Positions 1 through 10,299 of a stretch of DNA of 64,000 nt are shown piece after piece; the first letter of the stretch is position 1; each line of letters starts with the position of its first letter. The translations under genes were made by a program, and so were the position numbers. A model generated the notes under the pieces. The model searched no databases and was not told the origin of the DNA. It saw only the letters and a program-made list of their open reading frames with translations. Origin of the DNA: Eukaryota sp. TZLM1-RC (lineage: Eukaryota > Protista > Metamonada: BaSk clade); assembly GCA_040285825.1 (NCBI GenBank), contig JAUPSS010000003.1, positions 1,922,001 through 1,986,000 on the forward strand, given 5' to 3'.

Positions 1-1775
1 TTGTTTTTCAGGAAAACGTTTCAAAAATTCAAAAACGAAATTTTTGCCGCCACCGATGAATGCGGCTTTACACAAATATTTTGATTTGTGAAAATCCAGG
101 CCTTTCAATTCGGTGCTACAAAAAATATGACTACGTAAAAAAGAAGAATCAATATCAAGCAAATTAGCCAAAAATTTTGTTCTTAATTCATTCAAAATTC
201 TGCAAAATTCGAAAGAAATAGATGGTGATGTTGAACGTAAAATATGAGTTAATTTCCCTGAATAACAAATTCTGAGGAAGAAAAATTTAAGATGTTATTC
301 AATATTTAAATCTGAAAGAACCATCAATTCTTCTTCAAAATTATCCAAAAGAGAGGAAAGTTGATTTCGAATTTCATCAAAATTGCCTAAATAACAACCT
401 AAAAAACGAAATCCTGATTCAAAATAATTGATAAAAGGAACAGTTTGATCATCAATAATGAGATCAGCAGGCTCTCTACCAATTAATAAACATTTGGAAA
501 TATTTAGAGAAAGACCAATTTGATAATAGCGATGTTGAACAATCTCAGCAATGGTTCGCAATGAATCAATTGGACCAATTATTGATATGTCATCCATATA
601 AGCAGTTATATGAACATCTGGAAATTCTTGTTTTAATTTACACATTAAAGGATGGATAGCAAGGCAGAAAAAGAAAGGACCTAATGGATCGCCTTGTTTG
701 ACACCAGATGATGATATTAGATTGATTTCCTCATAAACAAGAGTCGACTGTGAGCCATAAAAAATGTAAAAGAACGACTCAGCTTCTGGAAAATGAGTTT
801 GAAGCAAGGGCAAGATGGATGACCTCTTCACTGCATTAAAAGCGTTTTTAAAATCTAAATTAACAATATAATTCGAAGTATTTGAATTAAAAAAGACATC
901 AGAAGAGAGTGCTGCAGAAGATGCACCATCAACTGTTTTAATTCTAAATTGGAAAGGATTAAAAAATTCTTTAGCTTTTTTACCAATCTTGCAAAACACA
1001 GCTGCAGCAAGAATACGAGACAAAGATTCACCAATTGCAATAAGCCGTATTTTTGATTCATTCTTTTTTAAAGCAATTAAGCGTGAACTTGTCATTTCAT
1101 ATGGAAGCTTGATTTTTGTTAAAATTTTGATGAAAAAGAAATCCAAATCATCAATGCATTCAGGACATTAGTTTATCGTGGATTTTAACATGTCAAAAGT
1201 GATCATTGATGGACCAGGCGCTTTTCCAGATGGTAAGTGGTTAATCAATTTAATTAGTTCATCATTAGTTACGGGATTTTGTTCCCAATAACTTACATTA
1301 TTAGGTTTAGGGCATTGAAAATTTTCAACAGGATGGAGACTCTTTAGTTGAGCAATAGTATTTTCATTACATTCAGCAAGTTCAGATGAAAACAGGCATT
1401 GCTTAGCGGAACCATAGCGTCCCTTTAAAGCTAATTTTCGAACAATTTTTTCTTTCTTCATTACTGAAGGACGAAATTTTGATTTCGATGACAATAATTT
1501 TTTATTTTTAAGCAAAAAAAATTTCCATAACGGTGTTACATCCCAAATGCCTTTTTTAAAATTGTTAGTAAATTTTCGAAAACTAATTGAAAAGGGGATG
1601 CAAGAAAGAGGACTTATCTGTGATGGAACATGTATTGGAGGCCTCAAGGAATCAACAGCTTTACATGATTCGCAAAAACGTAATGGTCGGCCAGAAGAAT
1701 TAATGCCCAAATTTTTGGCACAAAATATACACTTATTATTCAGAGAGAGATTTGCTTTAGATTTTTACTCTTTAG
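1..1775 (-). mobile_element. CRE-like non-LTR retrotransposon, 5' part (zinc finger + reverse transcriptase), frameshifted, runs off window edge
   Basis: ORFs 1168-1710 and 295-1146 show CxxC...CxxC (KCIFC...FCESC), GKAPGPS, IRLIAIGE, LDFKNAFN, GVKQGDPLGP, AYMDD and FRFLG; the GGLD thumb motif lies near 100. Confidence 0.9.
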
Positions 1776-1918
1776 ATACGGGATGTTGTGTCTTAAATTG
1801 TTTTTTTTTTGCTAATTTTGAGGTTGATTATTATGTTTATAATTTATCTTTTCTATCCGGTAGCTGCAAACATCTTCTGTCAACAAACCCATTTACTATT
1901 GATTTCACAATGGTTGGA

Positions 1919-1942
1919 GATGTTGAAGCACATCCTGGTCCC
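1919..1942 (+). other. 2A-like StopGo motif variant DVEAHPGP
   Basis: Read directly from ORF 1547-1981; the homologous site in copy 2 reads canonical DVEANPGP. Confidence 0.7.
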
Positions 1943-2157
1943 AGAAAGAGAAGATCTAATTTTAAATCAACTTCTTCATAAAAAATTGATAGAAAAATTG
2001 ATGCGATTATTGACCAATAAACATCAAAGCGTAAGCGAAAAAACAACAACAAAAAGAACTGAACTGAGAAATTTGTATTGAAAATACAATGTTGAATATC
2101 GAGAACAGGAAGATTTTGACAAAGAAACCATTGAAACCGAGTATGGTCACAAACATT

Positions 2158-2982
2158 TGTTGTTGTTGAACTCAAATTGAATTAGTAGGTTTCTTTTTAT
2201 TTTCACTGATGACGTGATACTCGTTTATGAATCACTTTTATTAATAAACTTAGATTTCTCTCTCTCCTTCGTTTGTTCATCTGCCTAACGGCATCAATAA
2301 TTATTGGCCCTTCTTATTTCAGATGACTGTTCCCCCTGTCAACCTCCCGTCTATTTCTTTCATGAAAGTTGAAAGTGTTCTGTTCCTAAGGAGTGGAAGA
2401 TCTATTCTTCTGTGACTCCTAAGAAAGAGCTTGTTCCAGCAAGACTCTTGATCGGTTCTTTTCTGTGAAAGTCCCTATCTCTCCAGAAATCCGACGTCTC
2501 ATCCAGTGACGATGTTCTTCTCAGACATCTACAATCTGTCGTATCGTTCGCCATGTATGAAGATTTTAGTCTGGCTATGTCAGAACTGAAGCTTGATGTC
2601 CGTAATGGTGACGTCCGAGAACGTATGTCCTGAATACCTGCGACGTTTCCTCCAGGTAAAGAATAGGGCTTCCGGACTGAAGTTACCAGACACAGCTTTT
2701 CTGAATCGATTTGCCAGAGGAATTCTTCCCGTAGGTCTCGAACGTTCTCATTCCAACGATGCACCGGAGAATTTAACAAACCCCATATCTTCCGTCTATT
2801 GAGCCAGTACTGTATTTGTCCTCAAAAAAATGGGAAAAAGTAATGTTGTTGTTGAACTCAAATTGAATTAGTAGGTTTCTTTTTATTTTCACTGATGACG
2901 TGATACTCGTTTATGAATCACTTTTATTAATAAACTTAGATTTCTCTCTCTCCTTCGTTTGTTCATCTGCCTAACGGCATCA
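2158..2982 (+). mobile_element. Short non-autonomous LTR element (TRIM-like), 825 bp
   Basis: Identical 139-bp direct repeats at 2158-2296 and 2844-2982 with TG...CA ends; 4-bp TSD CATT; purine tract AAAAAAATGGGAAAAAG just before the 3' LTR; degenerate internal ORF. Confidence 0.93.
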
Positions 2983-5900
2983 CATTGAGCCAAGTTTCAG
3001 TGGCTTCAAGCCTGATTCATTGATTCAATTCAAATCAATGACCCCAAATCAAAATCTTCCCACTGTAATGTGCTTTGATCTTGAAACCAGTCAGGATGGT
3101 TTTCTTTACATTAATGATGGCCAATTTCTGCCTCTTGATGAGATTATCAACAAAGAGAGAAAAGAGGATGCAAATCTTTTGAGAAAGAAAACTGATGAGC
3201 AAATGGGTGGATTTTAGATCAAAAAGTGTTTTTAATTTCGATTGTTATTGCTAAAATTGACTGCCATAATTTCTGTTTGGACAGTAAATATTCACTTATA
3301 TTGAGAATGAGGTCTCAAGTCAGCAGATTACCAGACATTGCTATGGATATTTAGGCAGAAATTTTCTGTGACGAAAAGCCTGGCGTAAGTTCTTGAACCT
3401 TATTGGTAATTCTCAATTCCATTGTTTTCTTAATCAAAATTTAATGCAGTGTGATTTACAGGTTTTAAAAAATAGAATAAATTATCTTGATTTATTATTT
3501 CCAGATAAAACAGTAATTGATGTACTCAATCAACTTTCACCAAGATGACGAGGAGTTGTCATAAGGAAAAGTGGCTTATTTCTGTTAAATGCTTTTGTAT
3601 TTGTTAAAGCATATTAAAATACCCTACGGACATAGATAAAGCAATCTGGCATATAAAATGATAAATGAAATTAAACTGAAACTTCATCAGAAATTTTCCC
3701 ATATTTTGCCAATTGAATGTTTAGCTACTTCTCCTCTGATACAAAATTCGATTCAATATGGGTTTGATCATTGTATCCTTTGTCAGAAACTTCGTACTTT
3801 ATCAGAAAGACAAATTTATTTTATCATCTTATAAAAACATTCAAGCAGCCGTCAACTCAAATGTGTTACTTAAACTGAGATATACCACTGTAAAAATTCC
3901 ACACTTACGTATTCAAACCACATGTTGTCTGAAGCTGAATTTACAATCTTGTTTTGAACGTAATTTAATACCACCACGAATATCTGTCCAATTATATGAA
4001 GCATTAATTGCCAGAATACGTTATATTTCAGTTGAGTATTATGGGCAAACAATGGTGAAACCATAAAGTGCATTTCCACACGATTTTGAAAACTTTGTTT
4101 ATGGTGAAGGAGATTATAGATTATCGACCACCTTTGAACAACAAAAGTTGAACAAAACATTGAGTTATGTAGACCATTTGAAATATTGGTCTGAGCTTTT
4201 TCCACGCTTTCCAATTGATGGATTCGGTAGACCTCCCGAGTACATGGCCCCAGTAATGTTTGCCAACTTTGAGAATAATTTGAAACTAAATAATGAAAAA
4301 CACATTAATCGATTTATTAATGTTTTTTTGATAAACCAGATGTGGAAACTGTGTTAACTGGATTGCACAAGCTGGATGAATACTCAACGTCACTATGTCC
4401 AATTATTTCACTATATAGATTTGGGCTTCGTCAATTCAAAAACTTGTTATTAGTTGATAGAAATTGCTTGAGGTCTTTGTTTCATCATTTTGAAAATATT
4501 TCAGACCTTCTGAATGATGATTTTTTCGATTTATGTGAACAGTATGATATAAGAAATAACGAACTTAGAGACATATTTGAAGGTCTTATTGAGCCATTTA
4601 CTTGTCAAAGTGAGGATTTGGTCACTGACGAGAATTAAGTTGACAACATATTTCCAGTGGGTATACATTTTCTTGCAGAGGCTGTTGAAACAGATCCTCA
4701 AATATTCCTAAAGCAAGCAATTACAATCGCCGAATATATCTCCAGTACAGAGAAAAACTTATCATATTTCTCCTGTTTCAACCACTGTAGGCCCTGGATT
4801 GTTTCCCATTGATACAAGAACAATATAGACAATTGTTAGACAAACATTGATGGACGATTTGTTGCCTGATCAGAGATTAAAAATGGTCAATACACTGGCC
4901 CAAATTACGAGAATCAAACCACCTGAGCAATTTGACCTTTGGTTTCTTGATTTAAACCAACCAATGTTCAAACAGAAGAGCTACAAATTCAACAGAATTA
5001 TCCACACAGATGGATTTAAAATTGCAGTAGAATTTGTTCGTCAGGATTTACAAGGTCAGAAATGTAAGCCAGACAACAAGGCCAGTATTTCGGATATATA
5101 TTGATGACGTTGATGTTGATACTTTTCAAGACAAACGAATTGTTGATTGTGATCCTGGAAAAGGTGATTTATTGTATTTTGGGAGTAAAAAGACTGATCA
5201 AGAATTAGCCATGGTGCCTTACCATGAAACTGAACAACAAAGAAATAGTCGGGTGAAGAATCAAGACGAGAAATTCAAATGGTTGAGAGTGACTCAGATG
5301 TCCTGGTCTTTGAAAAGTAGGATTAATGAAAAACAGAAACGATGCGCGACAAAGTATAGTGAGGTAGATTACGACAGGAACCAAATGATAGAGTGTAACG
5401 AAATGACAATCGAAGATGCAAACACTGAATTATTCGCGCTTGCTGCATATTCGGCAACTATTATGGAGTTCTCAAACTTTGTGGTTGCCAAACTTCGGCA
5501 AGTTTTTTTGACAATTGACTTTTACAGTCTTCACCTGTGGAGCATTCATATAATGCAAGCTTTTATCCACAGGCAAAAGGCTGAAAGTTGGTTGTTAAAA
5601 TACCTTGTTCAGCAGTTTGGCAACCCAAAAGACACTTAAATACTAATGGGTGATTATGGTAAAAAAGGGTCCAAGAATTTGTAACATCATAGACACTTAC
5701 TCGAGGCATTGGATGGATTCGATTTCAGAAAAGAAAGGTATTTGAAGTGTTGATGATTAATGATGCTTTTACTTCAGCAAAATGTCCTGTTTGTTTTGAA
5801 CAGGTTGCTACGCTTTTGTGAGTAACAAATTCCAGATTCTATAGAAGAGAAAAGACTCCAGTTACTACATGTCATGGTTTATTAGCTTGTAATAGTGAGA

Positions 5901-6104
5901 GTTGCAAACTCAGTAACAACGGCTCAACAAAGGTTTTCAATAGAAATAAGATAGTCTGTCTGAACATGCTTGCAATTGCTGAAGCCAGAATGAGTGGTAA
6001 TGATAGACCCCAATTTCTGTGTAGTAGATAGTTTTTGTAATTATTCCGCACGAAAATAGGTCGTGTACATATGGGAATTTTCTCATATACAATTGTTTAA
6101 ATAG

Positions 6105-6258
6105 ACCCAACAACACAACCCAGCAAAGGGGTAAGGCCGGTAGCATTGAAGGTGGAGACAAATACGATGACAGAAAGCCCTCCAAAGAGGACGTATCAGC
6201 TGTCAAACTGATAAGAACAGATATGCACTTGATTTAAGCCATATAGGCGATGACTAAG
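6105..6258 (-). ncRNA. RNU2: U2 spliceosomal snRNA (divergent branch-point recognition region)
   Basis: Minus strand reads GCCTATATGGCTTAAATCAAGTGCATATCTGTTCTTATCAGTTTGACAGCTGATACGTCCTCTTTGGAGGGC..., collinear with canonical U2; stems I, IIa, IIb and IIc all form; ATTTGT Sm-like site; ends approximate. Confidence 0.9.
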
Positions 6259-6898
6259 GAAAGAAGGATTCTTTCCTAATTTGAATGGCTTCACTAGTGA
6301 AGCTATCTAATATAGGATTGAATTCAACTTGTTGCTATCAATTACAAGTGTTCGAAATTCCTCCATGATCGATCTCCAATGCTCTGTGGCAAAATTTCAA
6401 TACTATTACATAACAACATAAGAAATTTTCAGTTCCCAAAATTCCGATTTCCATTTACCAGATTGACCTTTTTGAACGCGCCAAGAACCACTGAGCTTTT
6501 TAAAAAAGAATAACACTTATTTGTTCACCCTCATGATCGAAATGGCAAGTGCTCTTTTTGAACACCGCAGAAACATTTTATAATTTGGAGTGATATTATA
6601 ATCTTTGAGGACAATAAGCATTTTGAGCCTTATTTCTTTGAGGATTGAAACAATGTAATGCGATTTCCTTAATTTGATAAACTGAATTTGTATGGAAAAT
6701 AAGCTTCGTTGTAATAGGAACCTCGATTGTTCATATAATCGTTATTGGACAGTTTTGGTGCCACAAAATGCTTGATAATCCTATAAACGATTATGGTAGA
6801 ATCGATGTGAGCCTATATATAATCTTACCATTTTCAACATTGGAGAACGCTCACTGAGATGAATCAAGTACCTTTGGATAACAGAAAATGCCATTTTA

Positions 6899-8992
6899 AT
6901 GGCTTCCTCATTTATACCCGTTTGTATATGGAAACTTCCCGCTAGTGATGATCCATCTCTCCAGCATCACACTCACAATACATGTGACTTTCAGCTTTCG
7001 ATTGAACGTTTCCTGATATTACTGCGCCGCAGTGTTCCGGGCGTAGTTGTACTCTTCAATTATCCCAATTCACAGGATCCGAACCTATATGATTCAGCAC
7101 GGAGTATCGTTCAACGCATTGTTTCGTCATCTGACAACTTCTTGAGGGCACACTTTTACTCATTCAACAAAGTCACCAAGCAACGGTCATTCAACAAAGA
7201 CAACAAGCAACCGTCATTCTACAAGTCTGTTCCTTATGGCACCCTACGGGATTATTCACTCTCCAAGGCACTAGTGGATTTTCCTCCCGAAATTGGGCGC
7301 TATTATGTTGTTCTTGACAGTGATTTGCATGCTTTAAGGTGGCCAGAACGCAAACCTTACATTAACACACTGTTTCCCGATCAGCCTATGAGTGACCTTG
7401 ATCTATTCACTTATTATTCAGAAAAGGTCCAATCTAAAGACGTACTGCCTGATGTTATGACGACCTCTTATCTTATCCATGACCCCCAATCTCGAGTGGT
7501 AGTTGATATTGGTTTTCGGTTTCGACGAGAGGTTGTCAAGATCTTTCATGAACTCAATAAAGAGAAATTTCATGCTGGAGAAAATGGAATTGCCATCCAT
7601 AGCATGTGCTTTTCAAATGTGGGTACTTCTTCTTTCCCTCGTGTGTTTCAACCAGTAAGACGGAGCAAAGCGCAAACTAATGAAGCTTCGAATATTGTGC
7701 TCAATTTAAAAAAGATTCTTTGCCGAGATGTTTTAGTCGATTACTATCATGATGGACCTCCTGTTGTTGTCAGTATCTCTCAAGGTCAGCGCAATATTGC
7801 GCAAGTTTCTCCAATCACATCTCTTGAGCGAACCCCCAGTACAGACTTGCTCATTGACTTGTTTCAGGAGCTTCCCTATCAACTACTTTCGAGTAGATTA
7901 ATCACTGGTCATAGCTTCGAAAAAGATTTTGGCAAGCGTTTATATTTAGTTCACGTTGTTCGGCTCTTCAATGATCATGAGGAGACTTCAAAGGCTTTAC
8001 TCAAGCAGCTCTGTTCAAAGCAGCTTTTGGCCACCGATTGCTTGAAGTCACATAATTGGTTCGTTGAGCTTAAGCACCTGGAAGATCGTCGTGATGCTGC
8101 ATCTCAGCAAGTCGAAAGACTTCGTGAATACGTAGGTGTAACAGGACAAATGTTGGAAAATGCTGAATATGACAGTGATGATCGGTACTCAAATCGTGAC
8201 CTGGAACAAATGGCAAATAGTCTTTCCAGTGGCGAAGCACTTTTAGAATACCATGAAGCTGAGTATGACTCCATGAATGAACAGTATGACGAGTACCTCT
8301 CTATGTTTAAAGCACATCTGGGTATGGAAGATGATGATTCTCAATTTGTTACCGATGTTTTGTTCACTTTGACTCAACAAATTCCAGAGGATCTACATGT
8401 TTTTGTCCAGTTAATTGACACTTTCATTCTCCGTCTGTATGGACTTTTTCGTGATAGCTATGACAATTTGTTACATCATGCAAACAGTATTGACTTTAAC
8501 GATAGGCTTGGGCAAGTGGAAAACGAAACTGATCACGAACGAGAACAACGAGTCCAATGTGAACAGTTCACTGATCAGTCACATGCTCTTTTAACTGTTG
8601 TAGACGATTTTGTAATGGAGTTCAATAGACGGAACTTAATTAGTCAATTAGACATGGATCACATTGCTTGGCTTCGTAGCAGAATTCATGTTCCCGACCA
8701 CCACTTCGAGATTCAGGATGAATGGGGTAAACTCCACTCTTTTGCAGATAATGCATATGCAGTATTTGAGGGTATTGTCAACTCTCATTCAAAGAACGAC
8801 TTTTACGAGAAGTATCAAAATCAGTATTATGACATTTTTGATGATGTTAATTATTTTTCTGACGATTTTAATTTCTGCTCAAGAATGTCAAAATTATTGC
8901 AAGAATATCCATACTATTCTGATGAAACTGATATTTCTGATCTTGATTCTGATATTTTTGACATCTGTTTTGACGACGATGAGGATTTGTAG
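6899..8992 (+). CDS. Hypothetical 697-aa protein with coiled-coil-like middle and acidic C-terminus
   Basis: Long uninterrupted ORF with host-like composition; no family recognised. Confidence 0.75.
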   Translation: MASSFIPVCIWKLPASDDPSLQHHTHNTCDFQLSIERFLILLRRSVPGVVVLFNYPNSQDPNLYDSARSIVQRIVSSSDNFLRAHFYSFNKVTKQRSFNKDNKQPSFYKSVPYGTLRDYSLSKALVDFPPEIGRYYVVLDSDLHALRWPERKPYINTLFPDQPMSDLDLFTYYSEKVQSKDVLPDVMTTSYLIHDPQSRVVVDIGFRFRREVVKIFHELNKEKFHAGENGIAIHSMCFSNVGTSSFPRVFQPVRRSKAQTNEASNIVLNLKKILCRDVLVDYYHDGPPVVVSISQGQRNIAQVSPITSLERTPSTDLLIDLFQELPYQLLSSRLITGHSFEKDFGKRLYLVHVVRLFNDHEETSKALLKQLCSKQLLATDCLKSHNWFVELKHLEDRRDAASQQVERLREYVGVTGQMLENAEYDSDDRYSNRDLEQMANSLSSGEALLEYHEAEYDSMNEQYDEYLSMFKAHLGMEDDDSQFVTDVLFTLTQQIPEDLHVFVQLIDTFILRLYGLFRDSYDNLLHHANSIDFNDRLGQVENETDHEREQRVQCEQFTDQSHALLTVVDDFVMEFNRRNLISQLDMDHIAWLRSRIHVPDHHFEIQDEWGKLHSFADNAYAVFEGIVNSHSKNDFYEKYQNQYYDIFDDVNYFSDDFNFCSRMSKLLQEYPYYSDETDISDLDSDIFDICFDDDEDL

Positions 8993-9177
8993 TGTTTGTG
9001 TTCATATTTCTTTTCGTTTTGAGGCCAGTCTTTCACTTGTATCGAATAATTGCACGTCTTTGTTGTACATTTTTTGTTTGTTATAAATTCCTTTATTCAA
9101 TCCAAATCGGTTTACAGAGAATTCACTAACAAACCACACTCACACACGACATTTGCTGAGAAATGTGACAAACTTAA

Positions 9178-10162
9178 AAGAAATTCTGTATTTATTCAAT
9201 TTGCACACTTAATTAAATTAACTCATAACTAATGGGACGACTATCATTGAACCAAGATTTCCTCTACAAAATCTTGATCTGCTTGCTGTCTAGCTAAAGC
9301 TTCTCTAATTCGATTGAAAAACCGTGGTAATCTATTAATAATGGCAAATTGAATCCGTGAACGCCATAAAAAAATATCAAATCTTTTCATTGTTTTTTCT
9401 TGCACCATTTTTTGGAAGTCATTCAAAAAAGTTTCTGCTTCAACTGATAATCTTCCATTTATCGAAAATGGGAAAGCAATAAAAACCAGCTGTGTATTTC
9501 TATCGACATTAGCCTCTTCAATATCTTTATCATATTTTCTATGTTTCGCTTTTGCTTTGAAATCCAGAGCAGCCACAGGATTAAGTTTTCTTCTGTGAAC
9601 CAAAGTATCATTTGCAACATTACATGAGACAAAGTCAACAATAGCTTCAGAATTATCAATCCAATCACAGTATACATCACCTCTATCATCAGAACCAAAA
9701 TTATTTAGAGAAAGTGTTTCCTTCAGCAGGGGCTCTTTGATACACGATATCCTTGCAGTTTGTGCCATATTGAAAACAGTGTCTCTAACAGCATCATGTA
9801 ATGAAGAACGATAAGTTATCAATTTAGAGCAATTCAGAGCATGGCGCAAAGTGAGTTGAGGTGAATTCGAACAATTACATTTTTCTTTTGATAATAATTG
9901 ATTAATGGGGATGTTCAAATACAATCACATTTTTGCTACAAATGCTTCATTAGTGGCACACAATCCAAATCTTCGTGGTACAATGGTTACAAAAAGTGAA
10001 GAATCTGACGACTTGTTTTCACAAACATCCTTTTCCAATGACAATGAGTGAAGATCTTGATTTAAAACAGCCGAGCTGCATATATTATTATAAAGATCTT
10101 TTTCATACATTCCAGTCAATCGTTTCTGCAATGTTCGAACAGTGTACTTCAAATTTAAAACA
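9178..10162 (-). mobile_element. 5'-truncated CRE-like non-LTR retrotransposon (family A), CCHC + RLE region
   Basis: CNC..HALNC, RGDVYCD, KHRKY motifs; 12-bp TSD TGACAAACTTAA at 9166-9177 and 10163-10174. Confidence 0.92.
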
Positions 10163-10189
10163 TGACAAACTTAACACACTGTTTTTCTT

Positions 10190-10299
10190 TGTTTGGAAGT
10201 AAATGAATCTTTCTGAAATGAAACTTTCTGAAAAAGAAGTTGAAACTGCAATTTCGTCTTCCATCTGGAAAAGCTCCAGGCCCGTCTGGTATAACTTTT
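10190..10299 (+). mobile_element. Small RT domain-0 fragment of a non-LTR retrotransposon
   Basis: Encodes PSGKAPGPSGITF, matching PSGKAPGPSMITF in the element at 1168-1710. Confidence 0.7.

Larger units (their letters stand above)
1778..6080 (+). pseudogene. Fanzor1-type (TnpB-derived RNA-guided nuclease) element, family 1, copy 1; multiple stops/frameshifts, interrupted by an LTR element
   Basis: IHTDGFKIAVEF (WED-like), RuvC-I IVDCDPGKGDLLY, RuvC-II INDAFTSAKCPVC, CHGLLAC, RuvC-III FNRNKIVCLNM, terminal RPQFL; stop at 6029-6031; N-terminal 2A-like GDVEAHPGP shared with copy 2. Confidence 0.85.

Noticed and set aside
7300-7340. LDSDL as an XRN/FEN-type nuclease motif in the 697-aa ORF
   Set aside because: Other acidic motifs are not present in the expected order
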